Counted from the stretch's first letter, positions 39,931 through 50,767 are shown. The stretch is DNA of 64,000 nt from Candidatus Multivoradales bacterium (GCA_965248925.1 CBDFLE010000006.1:288001-352000); one strand, 5' to 3'. Notes: generated by a model from the letters alone, not told the origin. Program-made: numbers and translations.

Positions 39931-41216
39931 CTAGCCTGTGACTTGGGACCGGACTTGCTACCCCACGAGCTGCACGCGCTGGCCAGAAATTCCGACGGAG
40001 AATCAATCGCCGAAGCTCGCCAATTAGTGAATGTACCAGGTTCCTCGGCGGACGCTCGCTTCGTCTTGGCGAAAGGCACGCTCCAGAATCCGCAAACTGT
40101 GCGGCTCCTTTGGCAGGCGCGCTCGGGCGGCACCGAGCGAACCGCTACCGCCAGCCTAGACGGTCGGGTACTGAATATCGGCCCGGCAGGAGTCGTCGAG
40201 CTGCCCAGCCTCAAACATGGATCACCTCAGGTGCTGCACGCTGAGGTGGTATTCACAGACACCCTACGTGCCCAGGCGACGATGCTCCTGGGCTGCTGTT
40301 TTCACGAGAGTACAAGTAGCGAACTCACCGGCGTACCCTTGAGTTGGCGCAGAAGGCAGCAGCCGGTGATCGGCCAGCTGCAGAAGGTCCTGAGAGTCGG
40401 CGGACAGCCCATCAGAACCGTTGCCATCGAGCGGGAATTGGCAGAGATAGTAGTGGTGCGAGAAGGGTCGGAATGGAATCTTGAATCCCTGCTCGACCTC
40501 TACCACCAAATGCACCTACGGCGACGGGGTGATCTCTCCGGAGCGGATCTTCGGGGACTTCGGCTCGGCGATCACTTGCGAGTAGTCTTTGCCGAAGACG
40601 CACCTGATCTCGCGGCCCTAACGGACTTGCCGGTTTCCCAAGATGTTTCCGAGGGTGGTTCCCTCTCCATCCTGGAAGTGATCAGCAATAGATTCTTTCC
40701 AACACAAGACTTTCCGCAGGGCTCGCAGCGAATCGCCGACGCCGTGGCAATGGCCGGCATTGTAGCCGCAGGGTCAGGGCGCCCTCGGGCAGTGATTCTT
40801 ATCCGGTCAGGACGGATCGAGGATTCCAGCTCCCTCACTGCACATCAAGCTGCCGAGTATCTGCGCGCACTACGCGTCCCCCTGCTAGTCTGGCGACCTC
40901 TATCCAGCCGCGATGGAGACAGCGACCTAGAGTGGCCCGGTGAAACCGAGATCTATTCGCTTCCTGGATTTCTGGCAGCAACCAAGACTCTTCGTCGAAC
41001 GCTTGACCAGCAGCTCGTCGCCTGGGTCGAGGGAACCTATCTTCTGCGGCAGATCGAGATTGCTCCTGGGATGCGCAAGATCGACTTTCCGCAATAAGGC
41101 CGGCAGTGAGGCCAACGGTTGGTACTGTGTCGTTAGGCTTTCTCAGGCTATCCGCTCGCGCACCTTCATTGAAACGATGTTCATCGCCAGAACGGTAGGC
41201 GCGGTCAAGATCACAC

Positions 41217-42746
41217 CTACTCGCCGATCCGCTCAAAGGTATCGACACTGGTCGAGTAGACATAGAACGAGACTCGCGCTTCCTCGTCGCGGCCAAAGTA
41301 GATCATGCGCCGTCCTTCACTCTCGACGAACACATCGTCGCCTCTGGGGATGTATTGTTCGTCGCCAACTTGCAGCGTGCCGTCTACCGCCTTGACCGGC
41401 CGATGGACACCGCGGGGCCAGCCGCCTCGGGCGAGTTCTTGGGCCGAGCAGGAGTGGCAGAAGACGCCAAAATAATAGTCGCCAACGTAGTCGCTGAGAT
41501 CCTGCAGCGGGGCGATATTCGGCACCGAGAGGGCTGCGGCGGCCGATTCAGCCACCAGGCTGTCGATCACGGTGGCGAGCACCGCGCGGCCCAATCGCAC
41601 CTGACCACCGCCGGCTTCGCTGTTGCGATTGGTGACCATGAAAATGCCGAAATCGAACTCCGGAATGATCGTCATCGAAGCATTGAAGCCCAACATGCCG
41701 CCGCCATGTCCGACGGTTCTGACCCGCTGAGCGGCCGGCCCGCTTCCCGCCTTCGACTCCCGCAGGCCGTGAGTCTGACCCAAGAACTCGGGATGGGGGC
41801 GGAACTGCGGCGCCAGCACCGCGGCGGCGGTTGCGGGCTGGAAAAGGCGGCCATGCTCATTGCTGCCGCTGCCGGTCAGCGCTACCAGTAAACGACCCAT
41901 ATCAGCGACGGTCGCATCGATCGAGGAAGCGGGGGTGGTCACATAGATTTCGTAGGGCTGCGCCACGTACTCGCCGTTGACGAAACCGTAGCCCAGCGCC
42001 AGATCGTCTCGGTATTGTGGCTCGACTTCCACCGACGAACGGATCATTCCCAGGGGCTCAAACATCTCCTGCCGCATCGCCTGGTCGTAGGGCAATCCGG
42101 TGACGCGCTCGATGACCGCTCCCGCCAGGGTGGCGCCATAGGTGTCGTAGCGAAAATATTGACCGGCTGGAGTGACCCGCCGCAAGTTGTCTGCGCGCAG
42201 GAACTCCGTGATGCTGGGTCGGGCGGCCTGGCGTTCCGCCAACGGCCGGCCGAAGTCGCGTACCTGGCGTCCAATGCCGATCTGATCCAAACCGGCGGTG
42301 TGGGTCAGGAGATCCGCCAGCGTGATCGGGCGCTCTAGGCGCCGTGGATTGCTGATGCCGTCAAAGTAGCGAGCCACGTCGTCGGCCAGACCTACCCGCC
42401 CGTCGTCGGCCAGTCGAGTCAGGGTCAACAGGGTCAACGCTTTGGAGATCGATCCAATGCGAAAGACCGTCGTCTCCGGATCGACGGCCAGATCTTGCTC
42501 GATATTCGCCAGCCCATAGCCGCGCAGGAAGATCGACTTGCCGTCCTTGACCATCACCACCGCGGCACCCGGTAGGTGGTTCTCTGCCATGTACGAAAGG
42601 ATCGTCTCGTCGACGGCGGCGGTCAGATCAGAATAGGAGGCTGCGGCTTCCGGTACAGCCTGCGGCTGGCTGCTGGGGGCTTCGACCTTGGAACAGCCGA
42701 GAAGGACAGTGAGCAGTGCGGGCACAACGCCACGGTAGTTCAGCAT
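41217..42746 (-). CDS. Serine hydrolase (beta-lactamase family) lipoprotein
   Basis: SxxK (GSISKA), LLTHTAG, FRYDT, HGG; lipobox LLGC. Confidence 0.9.
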   Translation of the reverse strand: MLNYRGVVPALLTVLLGCSKVEAPSSQPQAVPEAAASYSDLTAAVDETILSYMAENHLPGAAVVMVKDGKSIFLRGYGLANIEQDLAVDPETTVFRIGSISKALTLLTLTRLADDGRVGLADDVARYFDGISNPRRLERPITLADLLTHTAGLDQIGIGRQVRDFGRPLAERQAARPSITEFLRADNLRRVTPAGQYFRYDTYGATLAGAVIERVTGLPYDQAMRQEMFEPLGMIRSSVEVEPQYRDDLALGYGFVNGEYVAQPYEIYVTTPASSIDATVADMGRLLVALTGSGSNEHGRLFQPATAAAVLAPQFRPHPEFLGQTHGLRESKAGSGPAAQRVRTVGHGGGMLGFNASMTIIPEFDFGIFMVTNRNSEAGGGQVRLGRAVLATVIDSLVAESAAAALSVPNIAPLQDLSDYVGDYYFGVFCHSCSAQELARGGWPRGVHRPVKAVDGTLQVGDEQYIPRGDDVFVESEGRRMIYFGRDEEARVSFYVYSTSVDTFERIGE

Positions 42747-42887
42747 TCCACCGAGAATAGCCGACTTGAGCTGAGAAGGGGACGCTCGAAGTTGGCGCCG
42801 GAGAATCACGGCCGCTGGCAGGAGGAGACGGGTTGCTGCGCCTTCAATTTCGTTCTAGGCTGTCTAGCCAGAAAGGAGCACGCCACC

Positions 42888-43136
42888 ATGCAGACCTGGC
42901 AGTTGCAACACGCCAAGAACCGATTCAGCGAAGTGGTCGATCAGGCCGTGGATCAGGGTCCTCAGATCATCACCCGGCGAGGAACCGACACCGTAGTCGT
43001 CTTATCAGTCGAGGACTACCGTAGATTGCGCAAACCGAAGACCAACTTGGTGCAGTTCTTCCGCGACTCTCCTTTGGCGGACGCCGAACTCGATCTCGAG
43101 CGCGACCGGGACACCCGGCGTGATATCGAGCTGTGA
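42888..43136 (+). CDS. Phd/YefM-family antitoxin
   Basis: AAGGAG then MQTWQLQHAKNRFSEVVDQA..GPQIITRRG; GTGA overlap with the toxin. Confidence 0.92.
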   Translation: MQTWQLQHAKNRFSEVVDQAVDQGPQIITRRGTDTVVVLSVEDYRRLRKPKTNLVQFFRDSPLADAELDLERDRDTRRDIEL

Positions 43137-43552
43137 ACTACCTCCTCGACACTTGTATCGTCTCGGAACTGATCAAGAAGCTGCCGCAACCCTCTGTCGT
43201 TGATTGGATTCAGCAACAGGACGAAGAGCGGCTCTACCTGAGCGTCATCACCCTGGGTGAGATTCAGAAAGGAGTTAGTCAGCTCCTCGAGTCACATCGC
43301 AAGCGCGGTTTACAAGAGTGGCCCGATATTGACCTGCGACGGAGATTCAGCGATCGCCTCCTTGATGTCACTCCGCGAGTAGCGATGCTTTGGGGCCAGA
43401 TCCAAGGCGAAGGAAGTCGACTGGGCAGGACCCCACCCAGTGTCGACAGCCTCATCGCCGCGACGGCATTGACTTTCGATGCCGCGGTCGTGACCCGCAA
43501 CGAGGCCGACATGAAGGGAAGCGGGGTCAGGATCATCAACCCCTGGGCCTAA
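43133..43552 (+). CDS. vapC: VapC PIN-domain toxin
   Basis: YLLDTCIVSE, SVITLGEI, DSLIAATA and VTRNEADM. Confidence 0.94.
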   Translation: MNYLLDTCIVSELIKKLPQPSVVDWIQQQDEERLYLSVITLGEIQKGVSQLLESHRKRGLQEWPDIDLRRRFSDRLLDVTPRVAMLWGQIQGEGSRLGRTPPSVDSLIAATALTFDAAVVTRNEADMKGSGVRIINPWA

Positions 43553-43633
43553 GATCCTCCCGAGCAACCCTGGAGACCTCTAGACTTTTCACTAGCATTA
43601 GCTGCGTTGTGAGCTAGCAGACTATCGTGCAAC

Positions 43634-43837
43634 TCAGCTCTCGGCTCGCGCCGCTCGCCAGCGGCCAATCGCCGAACAGAGCAGCATTCCTGAGGCAAAG
43701 CCACCGGCGATCAAGGTCGCCAGGTCGACCGCGCGAACATTGCCAGCCTCGACCAAAGACATCATCCGACTGATGGTCGGCAGCAGAAAGACGACGGCGA
43801 GAACAAAGAGAGGGGCTGCTTTTTTGGTCAGCTGCAT
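43634..43837 (-). CDS. Small two-TM membrane protein
   Basis: AAGGAG RBS and two hydrophobic segments; lies downstream of the TrmB gene. Confidence 0.6.
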   Translation of the reverse strand: MQLTKKAAPLFVLAVVFLLPTISRMMSLVEAGNVRAVDLATLIAGGFASGMLLCSAIGRWRAARAES

Positions 43838-43906
43838 GGGGGCTCCTTAGAGGGAACGGTTGGGAGAAAAACGGACGTTGGCCGAGCTGTGAGCTAGCGC
43901 ATTTGC

Positions 43907-44788
43907 TCACCGCTCGGCGGCTTGCGGATCGACGCCGAACCGCGAAAAGAGAAGCTGTTGCCCGGGTACCTGGGCATTGTGGAAGAAGAGCTGCCGATCG
44001 AGCAATGCATCAAGGCTGGCCGGAAATGCCTGTTGCTGACGCAATTCGTAAATTGCGTGCAGAGTGTGCTCCCGCAGCAGGCCCGCGTGCAAGATGCAAG
44101 AGATGTAAAGGCTGTCGGTCCAAACCGCTTGGTGAACGCCCAGCAAATCCTCGTGCAGCAGAGCCAACAGAGCCTCTTGACCGTCAACGATCACGTTGAG
44201 CTGCTGGCTATGCCAGAAACTCAAGATGGTCTCCCACTTGTGGGCCAAGGTAACAGCTGCACCCAGGATCTCGACCGGCGTGTAGGTCTGGACAAAAACC
44301 TCGACCCCGCGGTCGATCGCCCGCTGAATCGCCGGCCGGACTTGCTCGAGGGTCTTGGGAAAAGCATCAACGACGACGATCGACGACGCCCGATCAAGCA
44401 TCGCTATCGCTCTCTCGAACACCAGCGGTGCCGATTGCAGTGGGTAGATCCGCTCCCCACCTGGGGCCGGGGTGAGTTCAGCCAGCTCGACCGCGGCCTG
44501 CCGTTGGCGGCGCTTGAAGTGGCGCTCGAGCTGGCCGAGAAACTCCTCGGGTGCCGTTGCCCGGCACAGCCGAGGCTCGCCACTGTCGACGGTGACCGCC
44601 CCGCTGAGCAGCAGGCTCTCGATCGCCTTGTAGACATTGGCCGTTGCCTTGCCTAGAGCTTTGCCGATTCGGTAAGCCGTCACCGGCTGCCGCTGAGCGA
44701 GCAGCAGCAAATAGACCTCGGCTTCGAGACGGTTCAAGCCCAGAGCTTGCAGGGTGTCGCGGGGGTTGCGCGCTGTCGCATCATTCAT
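43907..44788 (-). CDS. TrmB-family transcriptional regulator
   Basis: LQALGLNRLEAEVYLLLL..TAYRIGKALG...NVYKAIESL wHTH, plus a C-terminal effector domain (VIVDGQEALL). Confidence 0.9.
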   Translation of the reverse strand: MNDATARNPRDTLQALGLNRLEAEVYLLLLAQRQPVTAYRIGKALGKATANVYKAIESLLLSGAVTVDSGEPRLCRATAPEEFLGQLERHFKRRQRQAAVELAELTPAPGGERIYPLQSAPLVFERAIAMLDRASSIVVVDAFPKTLEQVRPAIQRAIDRGVEVFVQTYTPVEILGAAVTLAHKWETILSFWHSQQLNVIVDGQEALLALLHEDLLGVHQAVWTDSLYISCILHAGLLREHTLHAIYELRQQQAFPASLDALLDRQLFFHNAQVPGQQLLFSRFGVDPQAAER

Positions 44789-44825
44789 AGTATGTAAACA
44801 TACTACTAAGTTGAAAAGGCGTCAA
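44788..44825 (-). promoter_or_regulatory. Sigma70-like promoter with a palindromic operator for the TrmB gene
   Basis: TTGACG-N17-TATGTT ends 8 nt before the ATG; perfect IR TAGTATGT-AA-ACATACTA at 44788-44805. Confidence 0.65.
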
Positions 44826-45128
44826 GCCATCACCGCGGGTGCATGAGCACTGTTCAAACACTCCGGGGCACCGACTGCCGACGAATACTAGGCAACCGCA
44901 AGTCAGGAATCGACGCCAGCCGGCGAACTCTCCAACTAGCCAGATCAGTGAATCTGCTCTCAGAATTTGGAAAAGCTAGTTGGGGTGCCGCCACGCCGAG
45001 CGAGCCCCGCTCGTGACTTGGACAAGCAGGGTCTGGACAAACACAGGGTTGGTCCAAACACAGTGTCTGCTTGTTCCGCCGAGGTGTCAGGCCCTGGCAC
45101 CTCGGCCTTTTTCTTCGCTCGCCCTGGT

Positions 45129-45692
45129 TTAGTTCGAAGACTCGAGCCGCTCGAAGATCCGCCGTGCATGGTGGGCGCTGTGGTAGAGGGTGAAGTAGAG
45201 CATCTCCCGCACCGTCAATCGGCCGAGCAAGGGGTGCGGCAGACGGTAGCGATCGAGAGCGCGGTCGGGCCAAGCGGAGATCGCTTCCTGCAGCGCCTGG
45301 CCATTGGCTTGCCAAAGAGCCAAAACACGCTGCCGCCAAGCGCTGTCATCGAGGTCTCCCCGCCGGGCGCTCGGTGAAAAACGACCGGCACCGGCACCCT
45401 CGGCCAGCAACTGGTGGTAACTGCTTCGGACTTCCTCGAAACTGCGTGAGCCCGACCACGATATGCCACCGATTCCAATCAGCATTACCTTGGAGAAATT
45501 CATCGCCCGGGCTACCGGCCGCATCGATTTGTTCAAGTGGCGGAGGTGATCGCCAGGTGACCAATGCTCGCCTTGAGGCGCCAAGAAGATCTCTAGAGGC
45601 AGCTCTGCCAGCGCTTGGGCAATCTCGCCATGCAGCCGATCCAGGGCGGCAATCAGTTGCTCGCGGTCGCCAGGCGGGTTGATCTCAAACAT
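45129..45692 (-). CDS. DinB-family protein
   Basis: WSPGDHLRHL and PHPLLGRLTVREMLYFTLYHSAHH; start taken at ATG 45692. Confidence 0.85.
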   Translation of the reverse strand: MFEINPPGDREQLIAALDRLHGEIAQALAELPLEIFLAPQGEHWSPGDHLRHLNKSMRPVARAMNFSKVMLIGIGGISWSGSRSFEEVRSSYHQLLAEGAGAGRFSPSARRGDLDDSAWRQRVLALWQANGQALQEAISAWPDRALDRYRLPHPLLGRLTVREMLYFTLYHSAHHARRIFERLESSN

Positions 45693-45708
45693 GTCTAGGG
45701 TCGCCCCG

Positions 45709-46233
45709 CTAGCTGGGAAGGGTGGAGGCAATCGCCAGCGTATGAGGGAGCACTCGGCGATCCAGCCAGGCATTGACGACATGGGCCGCAGCCAACAGCA
45801 AGCCGCTGGCAGCCAGCAGAACTTCCGCTGGAATCGGCCAAGCCGCGGTATGGGAAGCATGGCCATAGTGCCCGAGAATCATCAAGGCCAAGGCACCACT
45901 GAGGAGCGCCATCGGCCGCCGCGAGCGATGCCTGAGATAGCCGCTGCGCAGACTGGTGCCGGCCAAAATCGCCGACGACAGCAACAGCATCCACTCCACT
46001 CCCTCACCTGTGAGGACGCTCAAGCCTGCCAGTGGCAACAGGCTCACCGCCAACGGCAACAAGGCGCAGTGAATGGCGCAGAGCATGGCGGTGAAAGCGC
46101 CGAGCAAGTCGAGGCGCGACAGCTTTGCCGGTGCCGCTAGCTCGCTGTTCGCCAGCTGACCGGACGTCAGTTCAGGGCTGGCTGGAGTGGGGCGCATCAT
46201 GATCTGGTTCATTCCCGTCATCGACACGGCCAC
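45709..46233 (-). CDS. MerC-domain membrane protein
   Basis: LDLLGAFTAMLCAIHCALLP, GYLRHR and AAHVVN; four TM segments. Start uncertain. Confidence 0.82.
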   Translation of the reverse strand: MAVSMTGMNQIMMRPTPASPELTSGQLANSELAAPAKLSRLDLLGAFTAMLCAIHCALLPLAVSLLPLAGLSVLTGEGVEWMLLLSSAILAGTSLRSGYLRHRSRRPMALLSGALALMILGHYGHASHTAAWPIPAEVLLAASGLLLAAAHVVNAWLDRRVLPHTLAIASTLPS

Positions 46234-46251
46234 TTGGGGCCGCAGAACAAG

Positions 46252-46271
46252 AATGATAATGCATTTTCATT
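46252..46271. promoter_or_regulatory. Fur-family-like operator
   Basis: AATGATAAT-GC-ATTTTCATT, an AT-rich inverted repeat just upstream of the MerC-like gene. Confidence 0.55.
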
Positions 46272-46432
46272 AAAATGCAAAGTTGAAATATCGAGCGGGC
46301 TCATTGCCGGCCCGCTCGCCGCTCCGCCTAGCGGTGCTATTCTCGCGCCGCTAGGCCACACCGTGCTAAGCCACACTGTGCAGCCACACTGTGCCTGACA
46401 CTCCGAGCCCATCTTCCGTGAGGTGCCGATCC

Positions 46433-48484
46433 GTGACCATCCTCCGCCATCTGTCCCCCCTCCTGCCGTTGCTTCTACTCACTACTAGCGTCTTCGGTGA
46501 ACCGCCAGAGGACAGTCAGCTGTTGCAGCCGATCGACGTCTTCCATTTGGAGGTCGCGGCTGATCCGCGAATTTCACCCGCTGGCGGCCAGGTGGCCTAC
46601 ACCCGGCAGTCGATGGATGTGATGAGCGACCGTCGCCGGTCGAAGATTTGGTTGGTCAGCACCGATGACGACCGGCACCGACCGTTGACCAAGGGCGACA
46701 GCTCGAGCCCGCGCTGGTCCCCCGACGGCAAGCGCCTGGCCTACTTAGCACCCGGCGACCACGGTACCCAGATCAAGCTGCGCTACATGGACAGCGGCGA
46801 TAGCGCCCAGCTGACCCGGCTCACCGAGTCGCCGCGCGGCCTGGCTTTCTCCCCCGATGGACGCTCGATCGCTTTTGTGATGTACGTTGCTGATCCGCCA
46901 GAACCCTTCGTCAGCTTACCCAAGGCACCCGAGGGGAGCGAGTGGGCGCCACCGCCGATCTACATCGACGAACTGATCTACCGTACCGATGGTGCCGGCT
47001 ATCTGGAGCGGGGCTGGGATCAGATCTTCGTCCTGTCGACCGACGGTGGCACCCCGCGGCAGCTGACCTCGGCACCCCACGACCACGATCCACCCAGCTG
47101 GTCGGCCGACGGCAAGGCGCTCTACGTTGCCGCCAAGCGCCGCCCTGACGCCGACTACGATCCGCAGAACACCGAGGTCTACCGTATCGAGTTCGCCGAT
47201 GGCAAGGTCACCCAGCTGACCAGCCGCCAGGGGCCCGACGACGCTCCCATAGCCTCCCCGGATGGCCAGTGGATCGCCTACTTGGGATTCGACGATCGCC
47301 ACCTGGGCTACCAAATCACTCGGCTCTACGTGCTACCCGTCGGCGGTGGAGAACCGCGGCTGCTGACCGCCAAGCTTGATCGCGACGTGCGCCAACCGCG
47401 TTGGAGCGCCGACTCGAAATCGATTTACTTCGCCTATGAGGAACACGGCAACGGCAAGCTCGCCCGGCTCACCCTCGATGGCGGCGGGATCGAAACCCTG
47501 GCCAACAACCTCGGTGGCAACGGCCTCGGCCGACCCTACGGCGGCGGCTCGTTCTCGGTCGCCAACGATGGCCGCTTGGCCTACATGCTGAACCGCCCCG
47601 AGCGTCCCTCGGAAGTGGCCATCGCCGCCGCCGACGCGCCACAGCGCTCACTGACCGTTCTCAACGACGACCTGCTGGGGCACAAGAAACTCGGCCGGGT
47701 CGAGGAGATCTGGTACCAGTCCTCCTTCGACCAACGCCGCGTCCAGGGCTGGATCGTCCACCCGCCGGACTTCGATGAGAGCAAGAAGTATCCGCTGATC
47801 CTGGAAATCCACGGCGGCCCATTCGCCAACTACGGCGATCGCTTCGCCGCCGAGTTGCAGCTCTTCGCCGCCGCTGGCTACGTGGTGCTCTACACCAACC
47901 CCCGCGGCAGCACCAGTTACGGCCACGAATTCGGCAACCTGATCCACCACAACTACCCGAGCCAGGACTACGACGACCTGATGTCGGGAGTCGACGCGGT
48001 GATCGAGCGCGGCTATGTCGATGCAGACAATCTTTTTGTCACCGGCGGTTCCGGCGGCGGCGTGCTCACCGCCTGGGTAGTGGGCAAAACCCACCGCTTC
48101 AAGGCCGCGGTGTCGGCCAAGCCGGTGATCAATTGGTACAGCTTCGTGCTCACCGCCGACATGTCACCCTACTTCACTCAATATTGGTTCGCCGAGATGC
48201 CTTGGGACGACCCTGAGACCTACCTGAAGCGCTCGCCCCTGTCATTGGTCGGCAACGTGCAGACGCCGACCATGCTGCTCACCGGTGAGCAAGACTTCCG
48301 CACTCCGATCTCCGAATCCGAGCAATTCTACAAAGCACTCAAGCTGCGCCAGATCGACACCGCCCTGGTGCGCATCCCCGACGCTTCCCACGGCATCGCC
48401 ACCCGCCCCAGCCATCTGATGGCTAAAGTGATGTACGTGCTGGGATGGTTCGAGAAATACCGCACGGACAAGGCGGGTGACTAG
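46433..48484 (+). CDS. S9-family peptidase (acylaminoacyl/dipeptidyl peptidase), secreted
   Basis: PD40-like repeats (PRWSPDGK), IHGGP, GGSGGG (Ser), GEQDFR (Asp) and ASHGI (His). Confidence 0.93.
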   Translation: MTILRHLSPLLPLLLLTTSVFGEPPEDSQLLQPIDVFHLEVAADPRISPAGGQVAYTRQSMDVMSDRRRSKIWLVSTDDDRHRPLTKGDSSSPRWSPDGKRLAYLAPGDHGTQIKLRYMDSGDSAQLTRLTESPRGLAFSPDGRSIAFVMYVADPPEPFVSLPKAPEGSEWAPPPIYIDELIYRTDGAGYLERGWDQIFVLSTDGGTPRQLTSAPHDHDPPSWSADGKALYVAAKRRPDADYDPQNTEVYRIEFADGKVTQLTSRQGPDDAPIASPDGQWIAYLGFDDRHLGYQITRLYVLPVGGGEPRLLTAKLDRDVRQPRWSADSKSIYFAYEEHGNGKLARLTLDGGGIETLANNLGGNGLGRPYGGGSFSVANDGRLAYMLNRPERPSEVAIAAADAPQRSLTVLNDDLLGHKKLGRVEEIWYQSSFDQRRVQGWIVHPPDFDESKKYPLILEIHGGPFANYGDRFAAELQLFAAAGYVVLYTNPRGSTSYGHEFGNLIHHNYPSQDYDDLMSGVDAVIERGYVDADNLFVTGGSGGGVLTAWVVGKTHRFKAAVSAKPVINWYSFVLTADMSPYFTQYWFAEMPWDDPETYLKRSPLSLVGNVQTPTMLLTGEQDFRTPISESEQFYKALKLRQIDTALVRIPDASHGIATRPSHLMAKVMYVLGWFEKYRTDKAGD

Positions 48485-48562
48485 GAGGCATCACTCCGCC
48501 CCCAATTGGCGGCGCTGGCCGGGCTTGCGAAGTCTAGCCAGATCGCGGTAGACCGCCTCCTC

Positions 48563-50767
48563 CTATCTGCCCCACAGATCGAGCAAGCGGCTGTACTTGA
48601 TCACCAGTTGGCGCTGATTGACAAAATCACCGCGGCCGATCTCTTGGATGTCGTTATAGACCACGAAGAGACCAGTGTTGGCGGTCTCGCGCCAGCCAAA
48701 GCGGACATTGGACGACCATTGATCGAGTCTGGTGTTGTATTGCACCAGACTCTCGACAAATAGCTTGGGGGTGAAGGAGTAGGCCAGGCGCAAGCGTGAC
48801 AAATCGGTTTCGAAGTTGCCAAAGGGTAGGTTCACGTTGTCACGCCGCCAAACCACTTCACCGGTGAATTTCTCGGTCTTGCGGAAGCGCAAAGTCGAGA
48901 TCAACGATATTCGGTTGCCGTCGAAGAAATCTCCGGAGACAAACATCACTCGGTAGCTGACCGGCGCGGCCAGGTTGGTGTAGGCGACTATCTGGACCTC
49001 GGTACGGCGGTACTTGCCGGCAGGAACGATCACCCCAGGATGAATCTCGAAGGGATCCTTGACTCCATCCTCAATTATGTTGGCGCCGGTGTGTACCTCG
49101 TGTCCTTTCTTGAATTCCCAGTGACTTCCCAGGTGGAAGGTGCTGCTCTCCTTGAAACCGTCGAAATCCCAAAAACCCTGATAAAAGATGTGCGGCCGGA
49201 TCTCGTGCAGGCCGAGCCGGTTCTTCGGCCGGTGGCGGCTCAGGGCGAAGGCTTCTGGCCGGCGATATCCACGACGGGTGAGAAAACCAACCTGCGGATC
49301 AAACCCCTGACCGACCTCGGCGTAGCTCAGTTCCGTAACAACTTTCTTGGAATTCCACCGGCCATCGACAAAGAAGGCGTGGTCGTCCTGACTGACCCCC
49401 GGCGTATCGCTCTTGGCCACGAAACCCTTGATCTCGGATCGCGGCCCCACTCCCCAGCGACCATCGACCGCGAAGGTGCGGCCGTAGTCGTCATTGCCAG
49501 CCAGCGACCCCTTTGCCTCGCGACTGGTGATGAGCATGCCAAGGGAGGAGTTCTTACCCACATCGCGGCTCACGCGAGCGACCGCGAACTCGTTTTCTGG
49601 CACTCCGCTGGCGGTATCGTCGGTGACCATGTAGAGCAGACCCAGGTTGTTGCGCCCGGCTTTGCCAGACAAGCGCAGACCACCGCGGATAGGGATCTCC
49701 TCGCCACCCGAACCAAGGCCGATGCGGCGACTGAAGAACAACTCGACCTGGCCCGGGATCCCGACCCTGAACGCACCGGCATTCTCCAGGAAGAATGCGC
49801 GTTTTTCCGGAAAGAATAGATTGAAGCGATCGAGGTTGATCTGTTGCACATCGGCCTCGACCTGGGCGAAATCGGTGTTGATCGTCGCATCCAGGGTCAA
49901 ACTTGGGCTGATGCCGAACTTGAGGTCGATGCCAGCATCGAAGTCCTCGTCAGTGTCCCTGGAGCCACCTCGCCCCTTGACACTGCTCACCAAGGTATAA
50001 GGTACCGCCTGCAAGAATTGTTGCCGAGGCACCTCGATCCCCTCCAAGCGACCGGCTAGAGACACCCGGTCGAGGTCGAACTGGCGCGGCAACGGCGACC
50101 AAAATACCTTCTCTTTATGACGGCGAATGTTGCGCTGAAAGTTGATCCCCCAGGTCTGCGGATTGCCTTTGGGGAAGCGTAGGGTACGAAACGGAATGGC
50201 AAACTCGGCACTCCAGCCGCCATCGAAAATCTTGGCGGCGACCTGCCAGGCGCCGTCCCAATTGAGATTAAAACCACCCGTATTGCCGACGTTCACTTCT
50301 CCGTCGCGGGTCACCTGACCGTCGTATTCGAGGCCAGCGGGATTAGTACCGAAGATAAAGCCACTCTGCAAATCGCCGTAAGTGTCGAGCAACAGCTGGA
50401 AGCTGTCGGTATCGGCCAGCGACGAGTCGCGCCGGCTATCGGCGACGACGATGCCTTCCGGCTGTCGGTCATGGCAGACGACGCCGACATAGAAAGTCGT
50501 ATCATCGAACAGCACATAGACCTCGGTCTTCTCCGTCGCCGCCGCCCCTGCCACTGGCGTGGTCTGCACGAATCCGGTCGCCGGCTGGGCCGCCGACCAG
50601 GCAGGGTCAGTCAGCACCTCGCCATCCAGCGTCGGCGCGGCCAAGCTGCGCAGAGCCTTGATCACCGGTCGCGTTGCTTCTTGGGCGGTCAGGGAAGTTA
50701 CCAGGAGGCTCATGCTAACAACGCCACACAGCAGCCCCCAGGAATGCCGAGAGTATCTAGAATTCAT
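48563..50767 (-). CDS. CBM9-like plus DUF5916-like outer-membrane protein
   Basis: APTLDG, WSAEFAIPFRTLRF, NTDFAQVEAD, FFPEKRAFFLE and FFSRRIG; signal peptide. Confidence 0.8.
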   Translation of the reverse strand: MNSRYSRHSWGLLCGVVSMSLLVTSLTAQEATRPVIKALRSLAAPTLDGEVLTDPAWSAAQPATGFVQTTPVAGAAATEKTEVYVLFDDTTFYVGVVCHDRQPEGIVVADSRRDSSLADTDSFQLLLDTYGDLQSGFIFGTNPAGLEYDGQVTRDGEVNVGNTGGFNLNWDGAWQVAAKIFDGGWSAEFAIPFRTLRFPKGNPQTWGINFQRNIRRHKEKVFWSPLPRQFDLDRVSLAGRLEGIEVPRQQFLQAVPYTLVSSVKGRGGSRDTDEDFDAGIDLKFGISPSLTLDATINTDFAQVEADVQQINLDRFNLFFPEKRAFFLENAGAFRVGIPGQVELFFSRRIGLGSGGEEIPIRGGLRLSGKAGRNNLGLLYMVTDDTASGVPENEFAVARVSRDVGKNSSLGMLITSREAKGSLAGNDDYGRTFAVDGRWGVGPRSEIKGFVAKSDTPGVSQDDHAFFVDGRWNSKKVVTELSYAEVGQGFDPQVGFLTRRGYRRPEAFALSRHRPKNRLGLHEIRPHIFYQGFWDFDGFKESSTFHLGSHWEFKKGHEVHTGANIIEDGVKDPFEIHPGVIVPAGKYRRTEVQIVAYTNLAAPVSYRVMFVSGDFFDGNRISLISTLRFRKTEKFTGEVVWRRDNVNLPFGNFETDLSRLRLAYSFTPKLFVESLVQYNTRLDQWSSNVRFGWRETANTGLFVVYNDIQEIGRGDFVNQRQLVIKYSRLLDLWGR

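Larger units (their letters stand above)
38286..41097 (+). pseudogene. Uncharacterised (Ig-like plus VWA-like) protein interrupted by an IS
   Basis: Removing the IS and one CTAG joins ...DAPWTLA-CDLGPDLLPHEL... in frame. Confidence 0.75.

Noticed and set aside
41217-42746. Antibiotic-resistance beta-lactamase
   Set aside because: The motifs support only the broad serine hydrolase family (YDT rather than YxN); substrate cannot be inferred.
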